64,000 nt of DNA, from NCBI GenBank assembly GCA_965226885.1, contig CBDDEL010000011.1:128001-192000 (forward strand), written 5' to 3'. The stretch comes from Opitutales bacterium (lineage in GTDB: Bacteria; Verrucomicrobiota; Verrucomicrobiia; Opitutales; UBA2987). The position numbers were made by a program, and so were the translations under genes. Each line of letters opens with the position of its first letter. Positions within the stretch are counted from its first letter, which is position 1. Shown piece by piece: positions 1 to 10,473 of this stretch. The notes beneath the pieces were generated by a model. That model had not been told where the DNA came from and made no database searches. It was given only the letters and a program-made list of their open reading frames with translations.

Positions 1-2
1 CC

Positions 3-893
3 ACTTTTCCGGATCCCGTTCTGTCGATGTCAATCGAGCCCGCCACCAAGGCCGACCAGGAAAAATTGTCTATGGCCTTGCAGCGCCTGGCCGAAGAAGA
101 TCCCACATTTGTTGTGCGCCACGATGAGGAAACCGGGCAAACCATCATTGCCGGTATGGGCGAACTGCACCTCGATATCCTGCGCGACCGCCTCTTCCGG
201 GAGTTTAAAGTCCAGGCCGATGCGGGCAAACCGCAGATCGCCTACCGCGAGGCCATCTTCAAAAAAGCCAAAGGGGTGGGCAAATTTGTTCGCCAAAGCG
301 GTGGCCGCGGACAGTATGGGCATGCCGAAATTATACTCGAACCTGTGTCCCGTGGAGATGGCTACGAATTTGAAAACAAGATCGTTGGCGGGGTAATACC
401 CAAAGAATACATCAAGCCGACCGCGAGGGGCATCCTGGAAGCTGCCAAAAATGGTGTCATCGCCGGGTATCCGGTGATCGATTTTAAGGTCCAGCTCGTT
501 TACGGGAGTTTCCACGAAGTGGACTCCTCTGAATTAGCATTTAAGATGGCCGGTATTTTCGCCTTCAAGGAAGCCATGAAAAATGCCGACCCGGCCATTC
601 TGGAACCCATCATGAAAGCGGAAGTGACCACCCCGGATGAATCCCAGGGGGACATCATGGGCGACCTCACGCGCCGCCGGGGGCAGATCCAGGGCATGGA
701 AACAAAGGGTAATTTAACCACCATTACAGCCCATGTTCCGCTGGAAACCATGTTCGGTTACGCCACCGATGTGCGCTCGCTTTCCAAGGGGCGCGCCTCG
801 TATTCGATGGAGCCGTCTCATTTTGAAAAGGTTCCCGCCCGCATGGAACAAAAAATTGTCGAATCCTTCACCCGCGAACCCGCCCGCACCTAG
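3..893 (+). CDS. fusA: Elongation factor G, C-terminal part (5' end outside window)
   Basis: [34 protein letters not shown] and [10 protein letters not shown] motifs; frame open from position 3. Confidence 0.97.
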   Translation, partial: TFPDPVLSMSIEPATKADQEKLSMALQRLAEEDPTFVVRHDEETGQTIIAGMGELHLDILRDRLFREFKVQADAGKPQIAYREAIFKKAKGVGKFVRQSGGRGQYGHAEIILEPVSRGDGYEFENKIVGGVIPKEYIKPTARGILEAAKNGVIAGYPVIDFKVQLVYGSFHEVDSSELAFKMAGIFAFKEAMKNADPAILEPIMKAEVTTPDESQGDIMGDLTRRRGQIQGMETKGNLTTITAHVPLETMFGYATDVRSLSKGRASYSMEPSHFEKVPARMEQKIVESFTREPART

Positions 894-916
894 ACCTTGA
901 CCCGGAATCAAACCCA

Positions 917-1225
917 ATGACTGGACAGAGAATACGCATTAAACTCAAAGGCTACGATTACCGTGTCATCGACCAGTCTGCCACTGATATCGTGGATACG
1001 GCCAAGCGATCCGGAGCGCGCGTTTCCGGCCCCGTGCCCCTGCCCACCCGAATCGAAAAAATCACCGTCAACCGTTCCCCTCATGTTGACAAAAAGTCCA
1101 TGGAGCAGTTTGAGATGCGCACCCACAAACGCCTTATCGACATTATCGAACCGACCGCCCAGACGGTTGACGAACTGAAAAAGCTCAACCTCCCGGCCGG
1201 GGTGGATATTACCATCAGTGTTTGA
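917..1225 (+). CDS. rpsJ: 30S ribosomal protein S10
   Basis: [32 protein letters not shown]. Confidence 0.98.
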   Translation: MTGQRIRIKLKGYDYRVIDQSATDIVDTAKRSGARVSGPVPLPTRIEKITVNRSPHVDKKSMEQFEMRTHKRLIDIIEPTAQTVDELKKLNLPAGVDITISV

Positions 1226-1265
1226 GGAAACGGCTCATTAATCGAATAAATATTTTTTAACACCC

Positions 1266-1907
1266 ATGAATTTTACACTCCTAGGCAAAAAAATCGGCAT
1301 GACGCAGATTTACAACGAGGAAAACCAGCTCGTCCCGGTAACGGTGATCGAAGCCGGCCCATGCCCCGTCACCCAGGTCAAGACTGTCCAGAGCGATGGC
1401 TACAATTCAATCCAGGTAGGTTTTCGCGATAAAAAACCCTTTCGCACCAACAAGGCCATGAGCGGGCATTTCAAAAAACACGGAACCGCTCCCACCGCCC
1501 TCCAGACCGAAGTTCGCTGCACTCAGGAGCCCGAATACAAGAGTGGGGAAATCCTCACCGTGGCCGGTTTCAACGATGTGCCCATGGTGGACGTTATTGC
1601 CGTGAGCAAAGGCCGCGGTTTCCAAGGTGTGGTCAAACGCTGGGGTTTTAACGGCGGCCCCGCTTCCCACGGCTCTATGATGCACCGCCGGGGGGGGTCC
1701 TATGGCCAGTGCCAATGGCCGGGCAAGGTTTATAAAGGCCGCAAGATGCCCGGCCACATGGGCAGCAAACGGCGCACCGTGCAGAACCTTAAAATTATCC
1801 AGATTTTGGAGGAGAAAAACCTGCTCCTGGTCAAAGGCAGCGTACCCGGCCCCAACGGAGCGTCCATTCTTGTTCGCGCCGCCAAAAAAATCCGCAAATC
1901 CGCCTGA
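1266..1907 (+). CDS. rplC: 50S ribosomal protein L3
   Basis: [34 protein letters not shown]. Confidence 0.98.
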   Translation: MNFTLLGKKIGMTQIYNEENQLVPVTVIEAGPCPVTQVKTVQSDGYNSIQVGFRDKKPFRTNKAMSGHFKKHGTAPTALQTEVRCTQEPEYKSGEILTVAGFNDVPMVDVIAVSKGRGFQGVVKRWGFNGGPASHGSMMHRRGGSYGQCQWPGKVYKGRKMPGHMGSKRRTVQNLKIIQILEEKNLLLVKGSVPGPNGASILVRAAKKIRKSA

Positions 1908-1933
1908 AACCTCCTCTTTCCCACTTTGAAGCC

Positions 1934-2581
1934 ATGAAATTACGATATTATGAAACCGACGGCGCTGTAGGCGGGGAAAAGGATTATAATATACCCGAGT
2001 ATGAGGGTGACAAAGGCGTGCAGGCTTTGCGCCAGGTCATCATCGCCTACCAGGCCAACCAGCGCCAAGGCAATGCCTCCACGAAATTGAGGAGCGAGGT
2101 GAGCGGCAGCGGCAAGAAACCCTTCCGCCAAAAAGGCACCGGATCGGCCCGCGCAGGCAGCCGCCGTTCCCCCATCTGGCGCGGAGGCGGTATCGTTCAC
2201 GGCCCGAAGCCCCGCGATTTCGGGCAAAAGATAAACAAGAAAATGAAGTCCCTGGCATTTGGGAGGGCGCTCTTCGAACGGGCCAGCGAGGGCGATATAG
2301 AAGTCATCAAGCAGTTCGAGCTGCCCGCAGCCAAAACCCGCCACTTCCACAGCCTTCTCAACAAAATAATTCCCGAGGGCGATGTGCTCCTGGTCGATGA
2401 AAATTTCAGCGATGACAACATCATGGCGGCGCGCAACATCCAACGCGTTTTAATGACCGATGCCGCTTCCCTGAGCGCATTCGATTTGTGCCTTTTCGAC
2501 AAAATTCTTTTTACCGAATCCGGTATCGAAATCATAATCTCCCGCGCCGCCGGGTCTTCCAATACATCCTCATCGTCATGA
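1934..2581 (+). CDS. rplD: 50S ribosomal protein L4
   Basis: RQGNASTK.RSEVSG.GKKPFRQKGTG, SPIWRGGG. Confidence 0.97.
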   Translation: MKLRYYETDGAVGGEKDYNIPEYEGDKGVQALRQVIIAYQANQRQGNASTKLRSEVSGSGKKPFRQKGTGSARAGSRRSPIWRGGGIVHGPKPRDFGQKINKKMKSLAFGRALFERASEGDIEVIKQFELPAAKTRHFHSLLNKIIPEGDVLLVDENFSDDNIMAARNIQRVLMTDAASLSAFDLCLFDKILFTESGIEIIISRAAGSSNTSSSS

Positions 2582-2868
2582 TTCTGGCTGACCGCATATT
2601 GCAGGAAATTATTGTCACGGAAAAAGCGACCGAGCTTTCTTCCCACCAAAACAAGTACACCTTTCAGGTGCACCCTTCGGCCAACAGTATAAGCATACGC
2701 CAGGCGGTGGAAAAGGTTTTCGCAGTGAAGGTCACCAAAGTGAACGTCATCAATGTTAAACCCAAAGCCAAGAGGGACCGCTCCCGCGGCGGACGCCTAG
2801 GTTACAAAGCAAGGGTGAAAAAAGCGATTGTTTCCCTCGCGGAAGGCGAAACGATCGAAGTTATTTAA
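2578..2868 (+). CDS. rplW: 50S ribosomal protein L23 (true start ATG 2578, ATGA overlap with rplD stop)
   Basis: IVTEKA, NKYTFQV, VEKVF.VKV.KVN, KKAIV; position in S10 operon. Confidence 0.95.
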   Translation: MILADRILQEIIVTEKATELSSHQNKYTFQVHPSANSISIRQAVEKVFAVKVTKVNVINVKPKAKRDRSRGGRLGYKARVKKAIVSLAEGETIEVI

Positions 2869-2924
2869 TGTAAAGATTTTGATACTCTGCCGGACAGATA
2901 CCCGAAACAAATTTTAAAAAAGCC

Positions 2925-3767
2925 ATGCCAATAGTTGAACAGAGACCATTGACCCCGGGACAGCGCTTCCACGTCAGGAACAAGCGAATCGTTTCCAAGA
3001 AGCGCCCCGAGAAAAAACTTACCGAGTCGAGAAAACGGACTGGGGGGCGCAACTGCTATGGCCGCATCACTTCGCGCCGTCGAGGCGGCGGGCATAAGAA
3101 GCTCTATCGTCGGATCGATTTCAAACGCCTTAAATTCGATGTTCCGGCGCGAGTAAAATCCATCGAATACGATCCCAACCGCACGGCCAACATCGCCTTG
3201 TTGGCTTTTCTCGACGGCGAGAAGCGTTATATCCTGGCCCCCCAAGGCATCAAGGAAGGCGATACTTTAATAAATTATAAGGAAGACGGAGAATACAAGA
3301 TCGGCAATAACATGCCGTTGCGTTCGATTCCGCCTGCCACCAGGGTGCACTGCATAGAAATACTGCCGGGCAAGGGCGCCCAAATGGCACGTTCCGCCGG
3401 TGCCTCGGCCCAGCTCGTCAATATTGACGGCAATCGGGCCACCTTGAAAATGCCGAGCGGAGAAATCCGGCTGGTCCCCGCCGATTGCCGGGCCACCATT
3501 GGCACGGTCGGCAATGCCACCCATCAACGCGCCAATATCGGCAAAGCCGGGCGCAACCGCTGGAAGGGCCGCCGGCCCCGTGTGCGCGGCGTGGCCATGA
3601 ATCCGGTGGACCACCCCATGGGCGGTGGAGAAGGCCGCACTTCCGGGGGAGGTCACCCCGTTTCCCCTTGGGGGCAACTGTCCAAAGGTTTTCCCACCCG
3701 CTTGAAGAAAAAATCGACCAATAAAATGATTCTCATCCGTCGCGACGGACGCAGAATGAAACGTTAA
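2925..3767 (+). CDS. rplB: 50S ribosomal protein L2
   Basis: [35 protein letters not shown]. Confidence 0.98.
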   Translation: MPIVEQRPLTPGQRFHVRNKRIVSKKRPEKKLTESRKRTGGRNCYGRITSRRRGGGHKKLYRRIDFKRLKFDVPARVKSIEYDPNRTANIALLAFLDGEKRYILAPQGIKEGDTLINYKEDGEYKIGNNMPLRSIPPATRVHCIEILPGKGAQMARSAGASAQLVNIDGNRATLKMPSGEIRLVPADCRATIGTVGNATHQRANIGKAGRNRWKGRRPRVRGVAMNPVDHPMGGGEGRTSGGGHPVSPWGQLSKGFPTRLKKKSTNKMILIRRDGRRMKR

Positions 3768-3816
3768 CCTACTTCTAATTTATTTTAATCCATTCTTCGA
3801 AAATTGGAGAGCAGCC

Positions 3817-4089
3817 ATGTCCCGTTCAGTAAAAAAAGGTTATTTTGTCGATCCGTCACTTATGGACAAAGTCCGCAAGGCGCAGTTGGAGGATTCACGC
3901 CGCCCGATTCGCACCTGGTCGCGCCGCTCCACCATAACCCCGGAATTTGTCAATTTGAATTTTGAAATCCATAATGGAAAAATTTTTATCCCGCTTTTCG
4001 TAACCGAAAACATGGTGGGCCATAAAATGGGTGAATTTTCCCCTACGCGGACCTTCAGGACGCACAATCCTCACACCCAGAAACATTAA
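3817..4089 (+). CDS. rpsS: 30S ribosomal protein S19
   Basis: [23 protein letters not shown]. Confidence 0.98.
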   Translation: MSRSVKKGYFVDPSLMDKVRKAQLEDSRRPIRTWSRRSTITPEFVNLNFEIHNGKIFIPLFVTENMVGHKMGEFSPTRTFRTHNPHTQKH

Positions 4090-4119
4090 CCGGTAATCTC
4101 CGAGAACCCATTTTCCTCC

Positions 4120-4494
4120 ATGCAAGTCCAGGCTTTAACCAAATTCGTCCGAATGTCGCCCAAAAAAGTGCGCCAGGTCGCCCGTGAGATCCAGGGCCGC
4201 GATGCTAATGAGGCCCTCGAATTGCTTAACTTCATACCGCGAAAATCAGCCCGCCTCATTCGTAGAACCCTCGCCTCCGCCGTGGCTAACGCCGAGAATA
4301 GCAACAACCTCTCCTCGCACAATCTGGTTGTAAAGACCGCCGTGGTGGAGGAAGCTCCCACCATCAAACGATTTCGGGCCGGTGCCCGCGGAATGGCCAA
4401 ACCGATTAAAAAGCGCAACAGCCACATCCGCATTATTCTCTCTGAGAAAGAGGAGGAAACCGAAAAAACGAATAAAATGGATTCCGATAGCTGA
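4120..4494 (+). CDS. rplV: 50S ribosomal protein L22
   Basis: VRMSPKKVR.VA, SAVANAE, KRFR..ARG. Confidence 0.97.
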   Translation: MQVQALTKFVRMSPKKVRQVAREIQGRDANEALELLNFIPRKSARLIRRTLASAVANAENSNNLSSHNLVVKTAVVEEAPTIKRFRAGARGMAKPIKKRNSHIRIILSEKEEETEKTNKMDSDS

Positions 4495-4516
4495 TTTCGT
4501 TTAAAAATTAAGATAC

Positions 4517-5155
4517 ATGGGACAAAAAGTACATCCAACAAGCTTTCGCCTTCAAGTCCGTCGCGACTGGGAGTCGCGCTGGTATGCCGAAAAAGAAGAG
4601 TTCGGTGCATTTATTCTGGAGGATTATAAAATCCGTGAATTGATCACCAAAAAGCTGCGCTACGCCGCGGTTCCAAGAATTTTCATCGAAAGGGCGGGAA
4701 GTCGCATCCGGGTCAAGATATTTACAGCGCGTCCCGGCATCGTTATCGGCCGCAAGGGCCAGGAGCTGGAAAAAATCAAGGAGAGCCTTTTCAAATTGGT
4801 GAAGAAAGATATCCTGCTCGACATCCAGGAAGTGAAAAAACCCGACCTGGTGGCGCAGTTGGTAGCGGAAAATGTGGCACTGCAGCTGGAACGGCGTATC
4901 GCCTTTCGCCGGGCCATGAAAAAAGCCATCCAAACCTCCATGAGCCTTGGCGCCGAAGGTATCCGCGTACAGGTCTCCGGCCGGTTGGGGGGCACAGACA
5001 TCGCCCGCACGGAAATGCAGCGCGCCGGTCGTGTGCCCTTGCATACCCTACGCGAAAACATCAATTACGGCTCTATCGAAGCCCACACGGTTTACGGCGT
5101 CATTGGGGTCAAGTGCTGGATTTGCACGACCGCAGAGGATGTACCCTTGAGCTGA
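4517..5155 (+). CDS. rpsC: 30S ribosomal protein S3
   Basis: MGQKVHP, ARPGIVIGRKG, SGRLGG, GRVPLHTLR. Confidence 0.98.
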   Translation: MGQKVHPTSFRLQVRRDWESRWYAEKEEFGAFILEDYKIRELITKKLRYAAVPRIFIERAGSRIRVKIFTARPGIVIGRKGQELEKIKESLFKLVKKDILLDIQEVKKPDLVAQLVAENVALQLERRIAFRRAMKKAIQTSMSLGAEGIRVQVSGRLGGTDIARTEMQRAGRVPLHTLRENINYGSIEAHTVYGVIGVKCWICTTAEDVPLS

Positions 5156-5200
5156 TCCGAAAATTTTTAACACTTACATTAAAACTAATTTTTAACCGCT

Positions 5201-5617
5201 ATGGCGCTTTCACCATCCAGATCCAAATACCGCAAATCGCAACGAGGCCGCGTACGCGGCGTGGCCAAACGCGGCTGCAATCTCGCATTTGGCGATTATG
5301 GCATTCAAAGCCTGGATCGCGCCTGGATCAGCGCTTCCCAGATCGAGGCCTGCCGCGTTGCCATCAATCGCAATCTCAAGCGCAAGGGCAAGGTTTGGAT
5401 TCGTATTTTCCCCCACAAACCGGTATCCAAGAAACCGGCGGAAACCCGAATGGGCAAAGGAAAGGGCGCTACCGATCGCTTTGTTGCCATCGTAAAACCG
5501 GGAACGGTTCTCTTTGAAGTTTCAGGGGCAAACCTGGCTATCGCCCGCCAATCGCTCAGCCTGGCCGATGGCAAATTGCCCATCCGCTGCCGGTTTTTAC
5601 AAAGGGAGGAGCAATAA
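5201..5617 (+). CDS. rplP: 50S ribosomal protein L16
   Basis: QIEACR, WIRIFP.KP, ETRMGKGKG. Confidence 0.98.
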   Translation: MALSPSRSKYRKSQRGRVRGVAKRGCNLAFGDYGIQSLDRAWISASQIEACRVAINRNLKRKGKVWIRIFPHKPVSKKPAETRMGKGKGATDRFVAIVKPGTVLFEVSGANLAIARQSLSLADGKLPIRCRFLQREEQ

Positions 5618-5644
5618 AACAGGAAACTTTCGAATCAGCCAGCC

Positions 5645-5848
5645 ATGAAGACCAATGAAATCAAAGAACTCTCCATTCTGGAATTGGAGAACAAATTGCG
5701 GGAAACCCGCGATGAGCTGTTGCATTTACGTCTCCGCAAAGAGACCGGACAAGTGGACCGGCCACACCTCTTGCGGGAAATGCGGCGGGATATCGCCCGG
5801 CTGAAAACCTACTTGCAATTGAAAAATGCCGCCACCGGACAAAACTGA
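5645..5848 (+). CDS. rpmC: 50S ribosomal protein L29
   Basis: 67 aa, RRDIARLKT; position between rplP and rpsQ. Confidence 0.95.
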   Translation: MKTNEIKELSILELENKLRETRDELLHLRLRKETGQVDRPHLLREMRRDIARLKTYLQLKNAATGQN

Positions 5849-5888
5849 ACCTTTTCTGTATTTTATTAATTATTAAGCGCCACCAATA

Positions 5889-6155
5889 ATGATGCCCAGC
5901 CAAACCAGAAACAAACGCAAAATCATCACCGGAACGGTTACCAGCCGCTCCGGCCAAAAGAGCGTGAAGGTGACTTACGCTTACAAGATTTCGCACCCTC
6001 GCTACATCAAGCAAATCAACCGCAGAACGGTGGTCCATGCCCATGACGAAAATAACGAATGCTCTCTCGGCGATCAGGTGGAAATCATGGAGACCCGTCC
6101 CATGAGCAAACTCAAACGCTGGAGAATCAACCGGATTATCAGCAAGTCAGAGTAG
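5889..6155 (+). CDS. rpsQ: 30S ribosomal protein S17
   Basis: [21 protein letters not shown]. Confidence 0.97.
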   Translation: MMPSQTRNKRKIITGTVTSRSGQKSVKVTYAYKISHPRYIKQINRRTVVHAHDENNECSLGDQVEIMETRPMSKLKRWRINRIISKSE

Positions 6156-6210
6156 CGGATCGACAAAGATTGATGGGAAAAGATTTTTTCAAACGGAAGA
6201 AAGAAGCACT

Positions 6211-6576
6211 ATGTTACAATCACTCAGCAGACTCGAGATAGCCGATAATACGGGGGCCAAATCGGCCCGCATGATCCGGCGTTTGGGGCAGAACAAAAAA
6301 ACCGCCTCAATCGGTGATATTATCGTGGCCAACGTGAAGGAAAGCACCCCCGACGCCTCGGTCAAAAAAGGCACCGTGGTGCGGGCTGTGGTGGTGCGAA
6401 CCAAGGCCCCAATTCGCCGCAGCGATGGTAGCTACCTGCGCTTTGACAGCAACGCAATCGTCATACTCGACGATAAAAACAACCCGCGCGGAACCCGCAT
6501 ATTCGGGCCTGTCGCCCGTGAGTTGCGGCAAAAGAATTTTATGAAAATTATCAGCCTGGCCCCGGAGGTACTTTAA
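6211..6576 (+). CDS. rplN: 50S ribosomal protein L14
   Basis: [27 protein letters not shown]. Confidence 0.98.
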   Translation: MLQSLSRLEIADNTGAKSARMIRRLGQNKKTASIGDIIVANVKESTPDASVKKGTVVRAVVVRTKAPIRRSDGSYLRFDSNAIVILDDKNNPRGTRIFGPVARELRQKNFMKIISLAPEVL

Positions 6577-6638
6577 TTAACAATTAACCAATTAATCTTC
6601 AGGAAAATCGGAGAAGATCGAAATTTGCGAGCAAGGAA

Positions 6639-6926
6639 ATGAAAAGAAGAGTCAAGACAGGGGACGAAGTGGTGGTAATCTCAGGAGCCAGCCGCGGGGA
6701 CCGGGGGAAAATACTTCAGACCAACCGCCAAACACAGCGGGTGCTCATCGAAGGGGTTAATAAAATGAAACGGCACGAAAAAAGAAAGTCCGAGGAAATA
6801 CCCGGCGGCATCATCGACCGCGAAGCCCCCATTCATATATCGAATGTCATGCTTGCGGAACGCTACGACGCCCGCCGCGCTCTTCTCGATGATTCCGCTG
6901 AGACGGATTCCGGGGATGAAGAATGA
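6639..6926 (+). CDS. rplX: 50S ribosomal protein L24
   Basis: KOW motif GDEVVVISG..RG, VLIEGVN, EAPIHISNV. Confidence 0.96.
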   Translation: MKRRVKTGDEVVVISGASRGDRGKILQTNRQTQRVLIEGVNKMKRHEKRKSEEIPGGIIDREAPIHISNVMLAERYDARRALLDDSAETDSGDEE

Positions 6927-7059
6927 GAAGGAACTTTTTTTACTTGAAAAATAAAAAACCAGCGCCTTTTATCTCTGGCTTTTTCCACGCATCGGTTAGC
7001 GGGGATAAAGTTATGTATAATATAAAGGCGGTTGCCAATCGGACCGCAGCTGATACGCC

Positions 7060-7608
7060 ATGAGCAAGCCAGTCTTAAAATCAATTTACCTGGAAAAGGT
7101 TCATCCCGAACTGATGAAAAGCCGTGCCTACAAAAATGGGCATCAGATTCCTGTTATCGAGAAAATAGTCATCAATTCCGGGATCAGCGCCCAGGCCGAA
7201 AAAGGTGTCTTGGAAGAGACCGCCCGCGGCATTGGAATGATTGCCGGGCAGAAACCGATAATCATCAAGGCCCGCCGGAGCGTTTCAAATTTCAAATTAC
7301 GGGAAGGTATGCCCATCGGGGTAAAGGTGACGCTCCGCGGCAATGCCATGTATGAATTCATGTACCGCCTGACCAGCGTGGCCCTGCCGGGGATACGCGA
7401 TTTCCGGGGTATATCAACCCGTTTCGATGGAAACGGCAATTATACCCTGGGCATTACCGACCATACCATTTTCCCGGAAATCAATATCGACGGCAGCCGC
7501 CACACTTTCGGGATGGATATCACTTTTGCCACCACCACCCGAGACGATCAAGAGGCGCAGGAATTGCTCAAATTGATGGGCATGCCTTTCCGCCGCTCTA
7601 GTAACTGA
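7060..7608 (+). CDS. rplE: 50S ribosomal protein L5
   Basis: FKLREGMPIG.KVTLRG, IRDFRG, FDGNGNY. Confidence 0.98.
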   Translation: MSKPVLKSIYLEKVHPELMKSRAYKNGHQIPVIEKIVINSGISAQAEKGVLEETARGIGMIAGQKPIIIKARRSVSNFKLREGMPIGVKVTLRGNAMYEFMYRLTSVALPGIRDFRGISTRFDGNGNYTLGITDHTIFPEINIDGSRHTFGMDITFATTTRDDQEAQELLKLMGMPFRRSSN

Positions 7609-7646
7609 TTTATTAACTCAATCCCAACGATCCTGATTTTCTATTC

Positions 7647-7952
7647 ATGGCCAAAAAAGCAATGGTTCAGCGCGATATCAAGCGCGCCCGCATGGTGAAA
7701 CAATATGCCCCGCAGCGAGCGGAACTGAAACGCATCCTTGCCGATCCGGAAACTTCCGAAGAGGATTTCTATACCGCCCAGCGCAAGTTGACCAAGCTGC
7801 CGCGCAATTCATCCCGTGTGCGCATCAGAAACCGTTGCAGCATAACCGGCCGGCCCCGCGCTTATCTGCGCAAATTTGGACTATCGCGAATCACCTTCCG
7901 CGAACTGGCCTCACAGGGGCGAATTCCGGGAATAACCAAGTCTTCCTGGTAA
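7647..7952 (+). CDS. rpsN: 30S ribosomal protein S14 (101-aa zinc-independent form)
   Basis: [24 protein letters not shown]; only one Cys. Confidence 0.97.
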   Translation: MAKKAMVQRDIKRARMVKQYAPQRAELKRILADPETSEEDFYTAQRKLTKLPRNSSRVRIRNRCSITGRPRAYLRKFGLSRITFRELASQGRIPGITKSSW

Positions 7953-8010
7953 TTGTAGATTAACCAAGAGCCATCTCTGAGTATTTGAATTAAAATTGGA
8001 ATTTAGAACC

Positions 8011-8403
8011 ATGTCCGACTCGATCAGCGATTTCATAACCATCATCCGGAACGCCTACCTTGCCCGTAAACCCGGTTGCACTGGCAAATATTCCAAGTTG
8101 CACCTGAGCATCGCTCAAATTTTGCAGAAAGAAGGTTATTTGCGTAAAGTTGCCGAATCAACCGACAGCAAGGGGCACCCGGCCATTACCCTCACCCTTA
8201 AATATGTCGATGAGGTTCCCGCCCTGACCGGAATTCGGCGGTGGAGCAAACCAGGCCGCAGACTTTATTACAAATGCGACAAGATTCCCCGCGTCCTGGG
8301 TGGACTGGGAGTCGGAATTTTAACCACTCCCCGGGGCTTGTTGGCGGACCGCGAGGCCAGGCGCCAAAACCTGGGTGGAGAGATGATTTGCACCGTTTGG
8401 TAA
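8011..8403 (+). CDS. rpsH: 30S ribosomal protein S8
   Basis: MSDSISDFITIIRN, SKPGRR.Y, PRVLGGLG, GGE.IC.VW. Confidence 0.97.
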   Translation: MSDSISDFITIIRNAYLARKPGCTGKYSKLHLSIAQILQKEGYLRKVAESTDSKGHPAITLTLKYVDEVPALTGIRRWSKPGRRLYYKCDKIPRVLGGLGVGILTTPRGLLADREARRQNLGGEMICTVW

Positions 8404-8434
8404 TTACCAGGAGCAACGGAAAAATAGCAATAGT

Positions 8435-8971
8435 ATGAGCAGAATTGGAAAAGTACCCATCCCCATTCCGGATAAAGTCTCGGTTCAGGCCGAAGACTTG
8501 AAAGTTTCCGTGAAAGGCCCCAAGGGCGCATTGGAAAAAAATTTCAAAGGCCCCATTGAGATCACCGTGGATGATGGAACCGTCAACGTCAAACCCACTG
8601 ATAACAGTCGCTCGGCTCGTGCCATGCATGGAACCGCCCGCTCTATTATCGCCGGTATGGTGCAGGGCGTGGCGGAAGGGTTTTCCAAAAAACTAGAGCT
8701 TGTGGGGGTAGGATTCCGGGCGGTTCTGACCGGGAAAATCCTTGATATGAACCTCGGTTACTCCCATCCCATCAAATATCAAATTCCCGATGGAATCGTC
8801 ATCACCGTTAAAGAGAACACCCTCATAAATGTCGAAGGGCCCGACAAGCAGCTGGTCGGTGAAGTGGCCGCCAGTATCAAAAGCTTTTACCCGGTAGAAC
8901 CCTACAAGGGCAAGGGCGTTCGCATCATTGGCCAGTTCGTCCGCCGCAAAGAGGGCAAGAAGACCGGTTGA
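8435..8971 (+). CDS. rplF: 50S ribosomal protein L6
   Basis: MSRIGK.P, LGYSHP, EPYKGKG. Confidence 0.98.
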   Translation: MSRIGKVPIPIPDKVSVQAEDLKVSVKGPKGALEKNFKGPIEITVDDGTVNVKPTDNSRSARAMHGTARSIIAGMVQGVAEGFSKKLELVGVGFRAVLTGKILDMNLGYSHPIKYQIPDGIVITVKENTLINVEGPDKQLVGEVAASIKSFYPVEPYKGKGVRIIGQFVRRKEGKKTG

Positions 8972-8980
8972 TCGTGACCG

Positions 8981-9026
8981 GTCAGGATATTTACTGTCAT
9001 GCTGTCAGGATATTTACTGTCATGCT
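8981..9026 (+). repeat. Perfect 23-bp tandem duplication of the rplR translation initiation region
   Basis: GTCAGGATATTTACTGTCATGCT at 8981-9003 and 9004-9026. Confidence 0.95.
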
Positions 9027-9384
9027 TATAGAAAAAAAGAAAAAACTTCGTCAAAAACGCATTTGGCGCATCCGCAAGAAAGTGCGCGGCACGGCCTCGC
9101 GCCCCCGCCTCTGTGTGCACTTCAGCAACAAGCATATTTATGCTCAGGCCATAGACGACGACAGCGGGAAAACCCTCGTTTGCCTGACGTCTCTGGACAA
9201 GGATTTGAAAAAGGAAGGACTGAAAGCCAACCGGGAGTCGGCCGCCAAACTCGGTCAATTATATACTGTCAAAGCCCTCGAAAAAGGCATCTCCAGGGTG
9301 GTCTTCGATCGCAATGGCCGTCTTTACCATGGTGTCGTCAAGGCATTTGCAGAGGCAGCCCGTAAAGGAGGATTGGAATTTTAG
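9022..9384 (+). CDS. rplR: 50S ribosomal protein L18
   Basis: [26 protein letters not shown]. Confidence 0.97.
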   Translation: MLIEKKKKLRQKRIWRIRKKVRGTASRPRLCVHFSNKHIYAQAIDDDSGKTLVCLTSLDKDLKKEGLKANRESAAKLGQLYTVKALEKGISRVVFDRNGRLYHGVVKAFAEAARKGGLEF

Positions 9385-9386
9385 AT

Positions 9387-9908
9387 ATGATAATGAGAAC
9401 AGGTCAATCGAGGAGAGGGCTTAGGTCCAGACCTCCAGTGGTAGAGGAAGCGCCGGAATTCATTGAGAAGGTGGCTTTCATAAATCGTTGCGCCAAAGTC
9501 GTCAAAGGCGGTCGCCGATTCAGTTTTTCGGCTCTCGTTGTGGTGGGTGACGGCAAGGGGCGCGTGGGAGTCGGTTACGGCAAAGCAAAAGAAGTGCCGG
9601 AAGCCATCCGCAAGGGCACCGAAAGGGCGCATAAGCATATGATAAAGATTGAGTTGCGCGGAAATACCATCCCTCACGAAGTCAAGGGAGTGCAGGATGG
9701 AGGCAAGGTCATGCTGAAACCGGCCAGCGCCGGGACGGGCGTCATTGCCGGTGGGTCCGTGCGGCCTGTTCTGGAGGCTGCTGGAATCAAGGATGTGCTC
9801 TCCAAATCGATGGGTTCCAAAAATCATGGGGCAGTCGCCTTCGCCACTTTGAATGCTTTGAAACAACTGCGATCGGCAGACACCATCTACCAACTGAGAA
9901 GAGGCTGA
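9387..9908 (+). CDS. rpsE: 30S ribosomal protein S5
   Basis: [31 protein letters not shown]. Confidence 0.98.
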   Translation: MIMRTGQSRRGLRSRPPVVEEAPEFIEKVAFINRCAKVVKGGRRFSFSALVVVGDGKGRVGVGYGKAKEVPEAIRKGTERAHKHMIKIELRGNTIPHEVKGVQDGGKVMLKPASAGTGVIAGGSVRPVLEAAGIKDVLSKSMGSKNHGAVAFATLNALKQLRSADTIYQLRRG

Positions 9909-9958
9909 TAGCCGATTGCTTTGAGGCTTAGAAAACAAAAATAGAAATTTAAACGAAA

Positions 9959-10435
9959 ATGCGACTCAACAACATACCCAGAAATGCTGACACCGGCAAA
10001 AGCAGGAAGCGGCTGGGCCGAGGCCGGGGTTCCGGCCATGGCAAAACCTCTGGTCGCGGGCAGAAAGGCCAGAAATCCCGCGCCGGCAGCTCCCAGCGGC
10101 CCGGGTTTGAAAGCGGCCATATTCCGCTCTATCGTCGTTTACCCCGTAGGGGCTTTAACAATGTAAATTTTCACACCCAGTATGCGGTCGTCAATGTGGG
10201 AGACCTTTCAAAAGTCGAAGATGCCGAAATCATCGACAAAGAAGCATTGGTAAAAGCGGGGTTGGTGCGAAAAAACGCCCGGCTGATCAAAGTGCTCGGC
10301 TCCGGCAGCGTGGAGGGTGCACTGAAGGTACGGGCGGACAAGTTTTCCACTTCCGCGGCAGAGAAAATCAAGGCTGCCGGGGGCGAAGCGCTGGAAACCG
10401 CCCCCGCGTCCGAACCCGCCTCGGAGGAAGAATGA
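9959..10435 (+). CDS. rplO: 50S ribosomal protein L15
   Basis: RLGRG.GSG.GKT.GRG.KGQ, PLYRRLP.RGF. Confidence 0.98.
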   Translation: MRLNNIPRNADTGKSRKRLGRGRGSGHGKTSGRGQKGQKSRAGSSQRPGFESGHIPLYRRLPRRGFNNVNFHTQYAVVNVGDLSKVEDAEIIDKEALVKAGLVRKNARLIKVLGSGSVEGALKVRADKFSTSAAEKIKAAGGEALETAPASEPASEEE

Positions 10436-10473
10436 TCAAGGCAGGCTTATTTGGACTAAGGGCAACCTGAGAT

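Noticed and set aside
6927..7059. Internal promoter or S8 operator in the rplX-rplE gap
   Set aside because: TATAAT is present at 7016 but there is no matching -35, and no convincing structure is visible by eye.
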